Positions 1-11,785 are shown, counted from the whole stretch's first letter. The stretch: 63,346 nucleotides of DNA, filler included, from Saprolegnia diclina VS20 (GCF_000281045.1; 6 parts of 2 records of this genome joined end to end with filler, not necessarily neighbours in it), one strand, 5' to 3'. Notes: generated by a model from the letters alone, not told the origin. Made by a program: numbers and translations.

Positions 1-1988
1 TCACCCATATTTGATACTGCGAGATTTTGGTGAAGTGCATCTGGTGGCGCGTACCGCACGTCTTAAAGTTCCGTGACTAGGTAACGTTATAACTGTGTCT
101 GGTGTTACATGCGCACTGACTCAGACCCAGAGTCGTGCGCACCTCTGGCAGCGATTATGCTCGCTGTCCATAATCGCAGGCCACACGCCGTAGCCGCGGA
201 TTTGATTGCAAACACGAAGGTAAAGACAGTTATAACACGCGCCACCCATCGTCGACGGCAGCACGATGACTAGACACTTCGATACATTCGCCACCAGTTG
301 CGAGACAGCTGCGCGACGAGATTCGCAGTCGCGACCACGTCCGATCTAATGCTCTTGTGGCGCAGAGATTGGAAGCAACTTCCGCTACCACAAAGGCTTT
401 TGACCGCATCAGCCTTTGGACTTCCTCAGATGCTTGACATGACAGGCGGCGCCATGACGGGAGCGTCCTCCATCACGCAAGCCAGCTCCGAACTGATGGA
501 AAGCGACATGCAGAGAGTGATCGATGACCGAGTAACTCACTGCGTTCGCAGGATCCGAGATGTGCTGAAGAACTGGCATTCGGGGGAGACCCAAATTCGA
601 GAGACTGGAGGTCTCGCGACCATGTGCTGCTGCACGGCTCGCAAGCGGCCAATCGGCCGGCGAGAGGGGCAGGCGCAAAGAAGACATGTGTTGACTCACG
701 ACAGCAAAACTTCAATGACAGGTTCAACGTGCCGCGTGTCTGTGAACCTACGAATCGTCAATCGACAGGTCGCAGCACTGCTACACGCCGATGACGCAAG
801 ACCGCGGATGGATAGTGCAAGCCTTTCCGTTGTCCCTGGTACCCATGGACGGACGCGTGCCTTCGGTTGGGTGACTTTGTAATACTGGCACCAGCAGCGT
901 CGAGCTCACTATAGCCTAAGCAGCCATGATCACCGCCCGAAATCAACGTGTGATCGACTATGTGAAGAGCGCCGCGCCATCAAAGTTCAAAGTGGGACGT
1001 ACAATCACCAAAAATCACCCGATCCGTCGCGGCTGTCATCGTTCGAGTCGGTGTCTCATGGTCAATATGAATGGACAAGTGCCGACAAGTCATCAACGAA
1101 CAATGCCGCACCTGGTCGACTCCAGTGCGTGGCGATCTTGTGCGGGACACACGGGCGGGGACTCATGCGAAACCCGAGAGGGGACTGGCTAAAATCGAGC
1201 GAATCAAACGAACGCCACGTTCTCAGAACAATTTGATTCGTCTCTTTTCAGCCAATCATAAGGCTGCGTTTTGGCGGGATGTCGATTTGTTGGAGAACTA
1301 TCTGACTTGAAGATCTGGATTGCATCCTTCCGAGACGCGTCGCACGGGGCAATTTGACACTGCTGCGTCATAGCGGCGTGCCCACTGCAGGGGGTACGAG
1401 GCAGAAACTGTCGTCTCCGGCTCTATTCCCAAGGCCACGTGCACTTGTTGACATGCATTCTGGAATAATTTAACGTTGGGACGAGGCAGACGGTGGTATT
1501 CCAGGGGGTCTAATCAAGCAAATAAGACATTTGTTTGTACATAAGACATTTGTTCTTATTTCCCTTGATGGTGGTGTAGAACTCGCACGATCGCGATATC
1601 GTACGGACAGGTCGTTTCCTAGTTGAAGACAATTTTTCCACTCGCAGGATGTCTCCAGGTTAGCGTCGCTCGCATCAATATATATATATATATGAACGTG
1701 TTTCGCGTTATCTTCATAGTTACACAAAGACTTCGCATACGTAGAGACTAGCAATCTCCTTCTTCTTCATTCGCTCGCCGGTCCGTGGCTGCGTAGGCGG
1801 CGGCGCGGGGGCTCGTCTGGCTCTTCGCATCAAAATGACATTTTATATTTCCTAGTGACCTCTTCGCTCGGTTGGACCAGCTCTTGTGTTGCGGGTAGCT
1901 CTAAGAATGTTCGTGGCGGACCAAGTTCGGCTGCCTGTTGTACAGACTTGGCTTTATCTCGACGTTAAAAATAAGCTGTATTGCGCTC

Positions 1989-2715
1989 TTATTTGCTGCC
2001 GCCAATGACGAGTTCAAAGACTAGGATGGCCGAGAGCACGAGGATCGCGAGGTAGAGCCGAAAGTTGCTACTGCGCTTGGCCACGAGCTCGGCGCGGTCG
2101 CCTTCCGACTCGAGCCCGAGCGTCGCGCGGTCAATGTCCTGGTTCATATCGTCAAGCAGTCGGTGGTGCAAGTCGGTCTCGTCCTTGATCGCAAACGAAA
2201 AGTGCTTCAAGTTCGCGACGCCCGACCCAATGATCGCGAGTTGGTCGTCCTGGTCTGCTCCACAGTATGAGACCTCGAGCTAGCGTGCATCTCGTTACCT
2301 TGCATCATTTGGTTCTGGATGCGCAGCATTTGCGAGCCGGCCTCGACTGTTGACGCCCTACTTAAGGCCGTGAGCATCGTGCCAGTCAAGATGGCGCCTA
2401 CCCGCGCGTGCCTTGGGCGCGGCTGTTGTACGTCGTCAAGAGCGCCGACGTCTGGCCTTCCAGCGTCTTGAGGAGGTCTTCTCGCCGCCGGATCTCTTGC
2501 GGCGTCGCGACAGCGTTGGACGTCGGGACCGCGGTCATCGCGTCAAAGTCGCGGCGCAGCTTGGCGGCGCTCTGCTGCAGCGCGAAGACGCTCGTGCCCA
2601 GGTTCGTGGCCGCGCTCGTCCGGACCATCGAGCTCAGGCTCTGCTGCGAGGCCCGCGCGTTCTCGAGCCGGTCCATCCAGGCGCTCCAGGCGGCCGCGCT
2701 GCTTGTCTTCGCCAT
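1989..2715 (-). CDS. Qc-SNARE, syntaxin-8/SYP5-like (3 exons)
   Basis: Spliced product: helical N-terminus MAKTSSAAAWSAW...EIRRREDLL, SNARE motif QNQMMQ|DQDDQLAIIGSGVANLKHFSFAIKDETDLHHRLLDDMNQDID, C-terminal TM anchor LYLAILVLSAILVFELVI. Two GT-AG introns join the frames. Confidence 0.85.
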
Positions 2716-3046
2716 GCTTCTGCTTCGCCCCAATCTGCGTCGCAGCCGTTGCCACGCCGAGCGATTTAATAATGAAAATTAATGGCCAATACTTACATCC
2801 AGTATAAAAGGAATAAAAGAAGATCTTCCACCGTGAATTATATAGGGGTCGCTGGACCTTGGACTTTGTATACCTGATTGAAGTTGCCGATTTTAGTCGC
2901 CTGTTGAACCTGCGCCGCGAATACAGCTCGGTGATTGGCTCATGTATTTTTAATTAGTGTATGGTGTATAAGCCACACTAATCATGAAACATATTATAGT
3001 GTATATTTTGGGCTTATCCGGCACGACGGGAAGTTCGACGACGAGC

Positions 3047-3653
3047 ATGAGCGCAAAGCACGAAGCCCTGCATGCAGCGATCTGGGGCGGCGCCGCCACC
3101 AACGGACCAGCGCCCCTGTCGATTGGCCGCCAATACGTTCGTCGTCGTCTACCAAGCTGGGCTAAGGCGCCTCGGTAGGTTGTTGTCGCGCTGCGCTTCA
3201 TCTTGCTTGTTGCGTCGGCGGCGTATGAGAGTGCGTGGACAACGGACGCGGCCAAGGCAACCGGTATTGCGCTTGCGCTGTACCTCTTGGCGTTCCTTCT
3301 CTTTGCGCGACGCCAGCTACCACTCGTACCACGCGCTTCTCTATGCAGCTTGGCACAACGGACTGTCTGTAGTACATTCGGCTGGTCTTCTTCCTCACAC
3401 TGCTCAGCGCGTTCGCCGACGTGGGCCGCCCGCTTGTGCAGTTGCGAGGTCGAGAGCCCATGGACTGGCCTCAAGCGACCTTGTTCGCTGCGACGCTCTC
3501 TGTTGCCTGTGCCAGTGTTGGCATCAACGTACGTACTTGTAGCAACAACCCATCGAGCATCCTGCCTGTTTCTAGATCCACATCTTGTACCAAGTGGTAC
3601 AGCAGTCGTTTACCAACAAACAACGTCGCAAGCTGGCCAAGAAGCAGTCGTAG
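3047..3653 (+). CDS. Small 4-TM membrane protein with C-terminal KKxx ER-retrieval signal (4 exons)
   Basis: Three short GT-AG introns give MSAKHEALHAAIW...VVVALRFILLV...GIALALYLLAFLLF...YIRLVFFLTLLSAF...ATLFAATLSVACASVGINIHILY...KLAKKQS*. Confidence 0.6.
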
Positions 3654-3847
3654 CTGTGTGCTGTAGCCGCCGTCAACGACCACTCTCTGGACTTGTCCTC
3701 GATGGTGTGGCCCCCCGCGCCCCTCCACGTTGTACACGACAACATTATCGTTGAGATATGGAGATAGAGTCATATTAGAAAGCTGACGTTCAAAGGCGCA
3801 AGGTTGTAAATGCGTGTCACGGCTAGTGCCTCTTGCTGCACGATGTA

Positions 3848-4393
3848 CTATGGCAACGGCGGTGTCAAGTCGGCTTTGGGCGGCAGCATGTAGAGGTAGA
3901 TGGGAAACTTAGCATCGGCCTTGGTCGCGCCGTCGGCCGTCGCAGCACACATACGCGTCTCGACCAGATACGGGTCCATGGCGTCAATGCGATAGAGGTA
4001 CGTGAGGATACGGAGCGGCTTGGCGCGGAGGCGGCTCGTGCACGCTTCAAGCTGCCGGAACACTTGCTTGAGGCCCCGCTCAATGAGGAAGAGGAAGAGA
4101 ACCGTCACGTCGTCGTCAATGGGAATCTCAAGCGCATTGCCGCAGTGTATGTGGACCTTGTCGCTGATGCCCATGGACGCAGCGCTGGCGCGGATGGCCT
4201 CGACGCGCGCTCGGTCGATCTCGATACCAATGCTCTTGGCCACGCAGAGCTCGGTCACCGCGTAGAGAAGGACGCGGCCGTCGCCGCAGCCCACGTCGCA
4301 GATGACATCGCTCGGACCGACCTTGGCCAAGGCGAACGCTTCGGCAAGGACGGCGCGGGGCGTCGAGTGCAACGTCTTGCGTGGGGCGATCAT
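3848..4393 (-). CDS. Class I SAM-dependent methyltransferase (FAM173/ATPSCKMT-like small protein MTase)
   Basis: Intronless ORF with motif I VICDVGCGDGR, post-I SIGIEID, GNAL and VTVLFLFL. Confidence 0.85.
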   Translation of the reverse strand: MIAPRKTLHSTPRAVLAEAFALAKVGPSDVICDVGCGDGRVLLYAVTELCVAKSIGIEIDRARVEAIRASAASMGISDKVHIHCGNALEIPIDDDVTVLFLFLIERGLKQVFRQLEACTSRLRAKPLRILTYLYRIDAMDPYLVETRMCAATADGATKADAKFPIYLYMLPPKADLTPPLP

Positions 4394-4418
4394 GAGCAAA
4401 CCAAGGTCTGTGAGCGTC

Positions 4419-4726
4419 GATTGGCTAAAATAGAACGCACCGAGCCATGTGGATTGGTTGAAAATCAATGAAATATCTTTGGAATAGCCACACGAGTGAC
4501 CACGGCGGGTGTGCATAGCGAAAGTACGCGCTCATAAGCACCTTTGCACTTCTTAAAGTAATAGTCTAGGACACTGTCCTCTTCCCGCTGCTTGGCTTGA
4601 CCCGCGCGTGGACGTCATCCCGAGGCCGCCATTGAACGGTTGAACCGAAGGCGACTCGGATTGGCTGAAATGGTGTAAATGTAGTGATTGGTCAAAAAGA
4701 AAATTGTCGTTTTGGATTGGCCATTC
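4419..4726. promoter_or_regulatory. Five same-orientation extended CCAAT motifs (GATTGGYYRAAA-like) in a divergent promoter
   Basis: GATTGGCTAAAA at 4419, GATTGGTTGAAA at 4452, GATTGGCTGAAA at 4659, GATTGGTCAAAA at 4686, GATTGGCCATT at 4715, lying between head-to-head genes. Confidence 0.6.
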
Positions 4727-4750
4727 TCCACTAAGTTCGGCCCAACACCC

Positions 4751-5437
4751 ATGGAGCTCGGGTTGCCGCAGGACGACGTTGAGGTCGTCCGCGTCCGGAA
4801 GTGGCGCCGTGAGCTCAAGCCCATCGGACCCGGCGGACACCTCGAGATCATGTCGTGGGTGCCAGAGGTATCTGTACCCACGCTTGCTCTGCAGCAGTCG
4901 CGTCACCTGAACGCAGATCCGAAGGGCTCGTCGGCGACGACAAAGAAAAGTGCCAATGCGCGAAAGCGCGCCGCCGCCGATGGCTCAGCCGCGCGTATGA
5001 CGCGCAGTCTGCGCCACAATGCCGGCAGCGGATCCGAGCTGTGGGGCCAACTGCCGCCGCCATCGACGCGCACGGCCACGCGTGGCAAGGAGGAGAAGAA
5101 GCTCGAGATCCATATGGCCCTCGACCAAGGGCAGCATCACTACGACGCGGTGCCACCTTCGCACGTCTCGTCGGCCGTCCCCACGGATACATCGGCGCCA
5201 TCGTCCAAGCCCACGTCACCCGCCAAGGTGACGAGCACCGCGACGACGCCAGCCGAGCCGGTGCTTTCAACCATCAGCAGCGTGGACTCGAACAGCGACT
5301 TTCTAGCGGGCATGATCCCATATGACGGTAGCGCCGACGACGATGACGACGACGACGACGAAGGATACCGTACATTATCACCGAGCTCGTCGCCCGAGGT
5401 CTCGGCGTCACCGTCGCCCGCCGCGTCGCCCATTTAA
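4751..5437 (+). CDS. BCL7-like protein (N-terminal BCL7-type motif plus S/P/D-rich disordered tail)
   Basis: VRVRKWRRELKPIGPGGHLEIMSWVP resembles the BCL7 N-terminal motif (KVRKWEKKWV..G...LRIYKWVP). Basic NLS-like stretch ARKRAAA and acidic run DDDDDDDE. Possible in-frame 30-nt intron at 4868-4897. Confidence 0.55.
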   Translation: MELGLPQDDVEVVRVRKWRRELKPIGPGGHLEIMSWVPEVSVPTLALQQSRHLNADPKGSSATTKKSANARKRAAADGSAARMTRSLRHNAGSGSELWGQLPPPSTRTATRGKEEKKLEIHMALDQGQHHYDAVPPSHVSSAVPTDTSAPSSKPTSPAKVTSTATTPAEPVLSTISSVDSNSDFLAGMIPYDGSADDDDDDDDEGYRTLSPSSSPEVSASPSPAASPI

Positions 5438-5450
5438 CGTTCTCTTCTAT

Positions 5451-5860
5451 CTATTGTGTGAGCTTCTCGGCGAGGCGTTGCAGCATGAGCGTCTCGTCCG
5501 ACTACATCGCAGCCATATCGTGGCAGATTCGATGCAAGGTGCAACGTACCGGTTTGGCAAACTTTGGGTTGTGCCGATAGAGATACTTGGCCAAGTAGTC
5601 GAGGGGCTTGATCGGCAGCACGAGTTCGCCGTTGCACTTGCGCCGGAGAGCATCATCGTGCGCACGTAAGAGGCTCTTGAGCGCTACCAAGATGCTTCGC
5701 AAGACGATGCGACGCCACGCTCGTACGCACCTGGGATCAAGCATGGCATGAGCTCGCGGACGAGGTACTCTTGCTCTTGCTGGTCGGCTTCCGAGCCTCC
5801 GCCGTGCACGAGCGAGGCCAAGAAGGCCTGCGCTAGCTCGTCTTCCGAGATCGTTGCCAT
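5451..5860 (-). CDS. Small Dpy-30/RIIa-type dimerisation-docking domain protein (EFCAB5-like motif; 3 exons)
   Basis: Spliced: MATISEDELAQAFL...EYLVRELMPCLIP|ALKSLL...PIKPLDYLAKYLYRHNPKFAKP|SDETLMLQRLAEKLTQ*. Confidence 0.65.
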
Positions 5861-5991
5861 TGCTTATTGCGAAACGGGCCTGTATTTTCGGCGGCTCGGC
5901 TATCCGATAAGGGGATCGTGCGGCGTGCCCCGCCGTAGCCTTCCCAGCACCCCTTTTTCGAAATAATAATAATAATAATATTATTATTGCG

Positions 5992-7040
5992 ATGGACGAG
6001 GCGAACGTGTACACGCGGGACGAGACCGACGCCGACGTGCTCCTGAGCTCCGTGGGCCAGCAGGTCATGATGGCCTGGGAGAGAGACTACATGGAGCAGT
6101 GCGTCGAGCGCCTCGCCATCACGCCGGCAAGCGACGTCCTCGAGATCGGCTTTGGCCTCGGCTACTCGGCCACCAAGATCATGACGTACTCGCCCAAGAC
6201 GTATACGATCATTGAATGCGACCCGGTCGTCATCGCCCGCATCAAAGCATGGGCGACAAGCTACAGCAACGTGCGCATCGTGCATGGCGCGTGGCAGACA
6301 CAGCTACCTGCGTTGCCAGGTACGTCGCGTCCATCAACATACTGCAGCGCGCTCATGGTCCGTAGCCTTCGATTGCATCTTCTTTGACGACTACCCACTG
6401 CCGCAAAACGAACGCGATGATGCCAACCACACAATCTCACGGTACAACCCTTGATTTCACATCGTCCGCTGCCAACGAGGGCGTAGCTGGTACGAGTTTT
6501 TGGACCTCGCGCTTAACTGGCACACCAAGCTTCATGGCCGTATCACGGGCTACCTCGCACGCCCTCTGAGCCTCGAGCGTCCCGGCTGCACCGTCTCGCT
6601 GCGGGCCGTGTCGGTATCTCCACAGTCCTCCTTGTGTCGCACGAAGAACACAGTCGGGGTGTAGGTCGACGTGCCTCCCCACTGCTCGTACTTTCCGTAT
6701 CAAGAGGCGCTGGTGCCGCTCATTACGCGCTGCGAAGAGGTCTCTCCACAGATTACGGCCTATGGCCTCCCGACACGCAGCGGCGTCGGTCCCGTGGCCG
6801 TCGCACACCCCAAGCTCATTGCACTGCGGTCACCTAACCCTACTCGTATGTATCCTCATGCTCACGTCTAGTCGTCAGCTCGATGCTCAAAAGCACAAGG
6901 AAGCGACCTCCTCCAGCGCACCGCCCGAGGTCCCCATCATGCCGACCCCCCGTTCGCGTGCTGATACATTGCGGGCCCTGCGGGAGGCCAAAGCTCGAAA
7001 GAACGCCACATCGAGTGCATTCGCCGCTAACTCGGGTTAA
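5992..7040 (+). CDS. Rmt2/guanidinoacetate-N-methyltransferase-like SAM methyltransferase (multi-exon)
   Basis: QVMMAWERDYM, VLEIGFGLG, TIIECDP, GAWQ and FDCIFFDDYP are the GAMT/Rmt2 family motifs. The last exon is joined through an inferred intron near 6829-6871. Confidence 0.8.
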
Positions 7041-10000
7041 ACTTGACGTAGACGCGCTTGTAGTGCTCGCTTGGGCCGGTGGGCAGCCCGAAAAATCGGT
7101 CGGCGCGCTGCGAGGCCTCTACGACAGAGGACGTCATCGTATGCCATTCCATCCCGCATACCTCGCGGACGATGCACGGGCCGCTTAAATATGCGCAAGT
7201 CGGCGTTGGGTGGCGCCGACGCTTTGCGGGGTGGAGCCGGCTCGGACGACTGCCGTCGGCTCGGGCGGTAAATGCTGTCTTTGTCAAAGCAGCCGTCGCC
7301 TCGCCGCGGCGGCACGTACGCCAGCTTCTTCCTCGCCGAGAAGATCTCTTTGTACGTGTCCCATTGATTGGAGAGCGGTGGCACTGGCGACGTGCACGGA
7401 AACCCAAAGCGCGTCGGCGTGGCGTAGCTGCGCGTCGGGCCAAAGGTCGGCGGCGACGCCACCGGAACCACGTACGCCGAATGGTGCGGCGAGAGCGAAG
7501 TCGCCTGGTTGCTCTCGTGGCTATTGTGCACGCGGCACATAAAGGTCGGGAGCTGCCGCCGCCGCTCAATGTAGGCAAGCACGAGCCGGTCGACGACGCG
7601 CCGTAATCGATCAACGCGGTTGTAGAGAAAGCGTAGACGGAGTCGGACGTGGGCAGGCTCGCGCGACTTGGTCTTGAGCGCAATGGCAAAGTACGACGTC
7701 ACGCGCTTTTGCTCCCATAGCGTGCGCAGCTCAATCTTGGTTTCGCCGAGGACTTCGTGCCGGTCGGACGCCTTCTTGTCGTCCATGATTGTGATGACGA
7801 GCCGCGTCGACATGGACTCGATCGGCGCAAACACAAACTCTTCGTCCCACACGGGAAAGAGCGTGTTGGCGCGCGTGTTGCTCCGGAGCGCTTTGGTCGG
7901 GTGGTCCCGCTCCCACGCCCCACTGTCCCTACCCATCAAATGTGGATGCCATCCCTTGGTTGATCAATATGTCACCGGTTTTGGTGCTCGAGGTGCAAGA
8001 GCGCGTACGGGTCGCACGTGGCGCTGAGCCGGCGGGTGCACGGCAGGTTCGTCGCCGAGAGCAGCGTGACTTCGAGCCGGCTCTTGAGGCGCTGCGTGGC
8101 CGGATCCACATCCATCCGCGTCGCCGACTCGGTGCCTTGCTGCTTCTCGGCCCATTGCAGCTTCTTGCACGCGACCAAGAGCCTACTTGATCGGGTCAGT
8201 GCAAGTAGGGGTAGGGCGTGAGACGACTTTGTATTTTCATCCAGCGCCAGGTGGCTCTTGCTGTTGAGCTGCGCAAACGTCGGCGATGGCATCGACGCAC
8301 CCGCTTCCAGTTGAAACTTGGACTGGTACGTGAACGTGACGTCGACCTTGTGCGGACTCGTCACTTGGTTGTTGCTGCCGTGGGTCTCCAGTACAATGTG
8401 CACCGGCGTGTTAGGGTTGTGGTTGGTGGGCAGCGATATGCGGTGCGGGGATCCTGGCGGGTGCGAGAGGAGCTGGCTCACGTGCGCAAGGACGTCGTGC
8501 TTGAGGCGCTCGTACATGCTCGCGGGGTCCGTCATATCGGGGCTTTCGGGTCTCTCGTTCGTGTGGGACAAGGCGCTGGCAATGCACTTGTAGCTAGCGT
8601 CGGGACAAAAGGGCAAAATGTTGTGTTGGACGTTGTAAAGCTCCGCGACGATCGCCTTGCGCTCTTCTTGGAGTACCTCCCACTGCGTCTCGTACCCGAG
8701 AAGGAGGTCGCAGAGCTCGAACCGGCGTTCTTGAAGGCTGTGGAGCACGGCGAGCTTCTCGCTCACGAGCATCCGGTTGAGCGGGTGCTGCTGGCCACTG
8801 GGGCTCACAGCGTCATGCTCGTTCGTCTCGTCCATCGCGTCGGCTTCTGAGCCGGTTGCGTCGGGCAGACACTGCCGGAACGAGTCCCGGAGCAAATGCC
8901 GGGGACTGGGCTGGACGCGGTACCCTTCGTGGAGCTCCTTGAGCCGCAACACTGGCGCCTACCATGCAACATACTGCTTGAAAGGATCGTCTACAGCGAT
9001 GTGAACCTTGGGAAGCCGTTCGAGCTTTTGGAGCTCGTCGGCCCACTCTTCTTTCTGCGTCGTGATGCGCTGTAGCTTGTGCGTAAGGGCCGAGACCTCC
9101 TTGTCAAAGAGCACGTAGTTCTTGTCGACCATTGCGTGACGAGAGTACTGAAGGTCGGCTTGGAGCATCTCCCTCGTCTTGGCCACGAGCCGGCGTTCGA
9201 TCTCACTGACCTCAGCTGTCGCCAGCTCGATCTGCGTCTGGAGCTCTGCTGCGCGCGCACTGCCGTCGTCAAAGTAGTACTTTGGACTCTGCGGTGGCGC
9301 TGGCAGCTGACACAGATCGACATGTCAGCTGAGATGCTCCTTGTGAACGGATTCGTACCTGGAACAAGTGAAGACGGTGGGCGTCTTGCTCTTTGAGAAG
9401 CGACTCCTTGACGGTGGAAATCTCTTGATCGACGGCGACGATCTCGTTGCGGAGAGCGAGCATCGTCGCCTCCAACTGACGCGTCTCGTCCGCCATGGAC
9501 GCCTCGGCGGTATGCAGCGACTGGATCTTCTGGAGGAGGTACTCGCGGTTGAACTCGGCACCGATCGTTTGGTGCACGCTGTTGTCGGCAGGCGATGCGT
9601 CGTGATCGTTGGCAGAAGCACTGCGCTGCGGATGCTGCTGTTGGTGTTGCTGTTTGAGGTGGAGAAGGCGAAACGGGTCGTGGGCCGACCGCTTATCGAT
9701 GTGCACCATGGCGAGTTCCTGCTGCAGCTGGAGGAGCTGCTCGGTGGCGGCCGACCACTCTTTGGATTTGTTGGTCAAAAGCGCCGACTTGAGTTGCAGC
9801 TCGTTCTTGAGCAGGACGTTTTCCGCTTCCAACGTTGCGCGCTGCGCCTCGATGCTACGCTACAGCTACAGCGTTGTCGTTCAACACCTGCGTACGTACC
9901 CGCACTGGTCGGCAAAGTGCTTTTTCCCGACCGCGTCGAGCTGCTCGTCGAGCGAGATCGACCCACTGAAGCGCTTTCGGCTCTTCTCGCGCTCACGGTC

Positions 10001-10879
10001 CGTGATCTAATGCTAGTGTTGAGCACCGACGCTCGATGCGGCGGCGTACCGTGGCGAGGTCCACCGACGTGAGGCCGGGCAAGGTAAAGATGACAAACTC
10101 TCGGTAGCTCTCGAGCTGCGCGATCGGGTTGGCTGTGAAAAGCACCTGCAACAAGTGATATCTTGATCGATGTTCTCTTAGTTGGTGGACCTTTTGGAGG
10201 TTGCTCAATGGCACCAAGACATCGACTTGCTTGAGGATCGCCAGTGCATTGCCCGAGAGGTCGAGCATCTGCAGTCGCGGCAGCTGTCGCAGGGTTTTGG
10301 GCAGCTGCGAGATAAAGTTGCCCGACAGATCGAGGATTTCCTAGCATTTTTGTGAGGTTTCTCGCTGAGTTGTTGTTGGTACCAAGTGCTCGAGCGACGG
10401 GAGCTGGATGGCCTTGATGCTGTTGCGCGCCAGGTGCAGCGAGCGCAGCTGCGATAGCGCATCGAGTCCGTCCATGCTGGTGAGGCCATGCCCACTCAAG
10501 TTGAGGTGCAAAAGGCTCGGGAAGGGCTGCAGACTCTCGATGGACTTGATCTTGACCTGGCCTTTCCGTGGCGATTGCCCCGGCGGAAGCTCGAGCGCGA
10601 GCGAGGTCACACTAGCAGGGTCGCTGCCGCGGCAAACGTAGCGCCGCACCACGCTACCATGCTAATGCGTGAGTGCCCATGGCTATTGCGTCGGCGAGGG
10701 TACTCGTCGGTGGCGGTCAACGGCCGCTCGATCGTCACGCCGCCTTGCAGACTCGTGCGCGCAGGGCTCCGGACCGTCGGAATCTTGGACGAATACTTGG
10801 ACGATGGGATCTCAATCGTGAGGCCGCGCGGCCGCGCTGCTCGGCGCGTGATGCCGAGCATATCGCTCGGCGTCGCCAT
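7027..10879 (-). CDS. Centriolin-like LRR + coiled-coil protein with a C-terminal C2 domain (multi-exon)
   Basis: SDS22-type LRRs (LLHLNLSGH, LRSLHLARNSI, LDLSGN), LRR cap NPIAQLESYREFVIFTLPGL, coiled coil LKNELQLKSALLTNKSKEWSAATEQLLQLQQELAMVHIDKR, C2 domain LEVTLLSATNLP...CDPYALL...NTLFPVWDEEFVF...LVITIMDD...LGETKIEL. A final intron near 7119-7161 places the stop at 7027. Confidence 0.8.
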
Positions 10880-11143
10880 CGCGTGAGTGGCAACGGTTTT
10901 CGACTAAAAAGGGCGGGATGAAACGTAGCATCCGGATAAACTGCCACCGACAATACTGTCCACTTCGCTAGACAATAATGTACACAGCACGCGGCAGCTT
11001 TGCACAGCGATAGGTAGGTCGTCCGACGGTCACAATTCGACAACGGGTTGCAACCTGTGCGAGAGCTCTGTGCGAGGTGGACAAGTTGAAGTACACTATT
11101 TCGGGTCACGGACACCATTTCCACGTCCTTGGATCTTCGTACC

Positions 11144-11499
11144 ATGCGGCTCCGCCACGTCGTGCGCTGCCTGGTCCAGGCCAGCATTGGCGTTGTCTGG
11201 CTCCACGCTGTCGTCGAGCAGCTCGATGCGCACATGCACGTGGGCCTCAAGCCGATGCTACAGACGCTGACCAGCGACGTGCGCCACGCGCTCCACCGCC
11301 TGTACCAAGCGCATGTCGCTCAGCCTGCGTACTACGTCCAGCGCGAGGTGCAGTTCTCGGACGCATCGGTCGTCGACCATTGCCTCTCGCTGCGGCGGCT
11401 CGAGCATGCTACAGCCGAGCTCTGTGCGATCGCCATGTGAGCTCCGCCGTCGTCGTCGCCGGCGCTGGCCGTGATGCTAGCACCACAGTCGTCTTGTAA
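11144..11499 (+). CDS. Hypothetical small protein (about 104 aa, 2 exons)
   Basis: Strong G/C third-position bias like neighbouring genes: MRLRHVVRCLVQ...ELCAIA|ITTVVL* with a gtgagc...ctag intron. No recognisable domain. Confidence 0.4.
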
Positions 11500-11785
11500 A
11501 GTGACGCGGCAACATGAACGTGCATGCGCCATCATCCTCCTCGTTCTTGGTGCGAGTGAAAGCCAGGTGCCAGCCAGTCGCGGCGCGTGGGCCTGTCTGC
11601 GGGTAAAAACACTCAACTCTGCGTCGAGAACCGTGTGGCGTCTCTGCACAAAGGCGACGGCCAGTTGCGTGATTTTATCGCTTGCAGTTCGGTTTGTCCG
11701 GATTGCATCTGAGTTTATCCGGAAAACTAAAACCCAGCATGCGTTGGGGCGTTGGTTCCTCATTTTCGCGGTCGGCCAAGCGACG

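Noticed and set aside
1678..1693. (AT)n microsatellite
   Set aside because: Short and unremarkable.
298..1760. Several ORFs of 60-194 aa at the window start
   Set aside because: No recognisable motif, weak codon bias and no consistent splice model. Possibly decayed sequence, but not supportable.
3047..3653. Resemblance of the 4-TM KKxx protein to Jagunal/JAGN1
   Set aside because: Only the topology and KKxx signal agree. The conserved N-terminal Jagunal motif is not visible.
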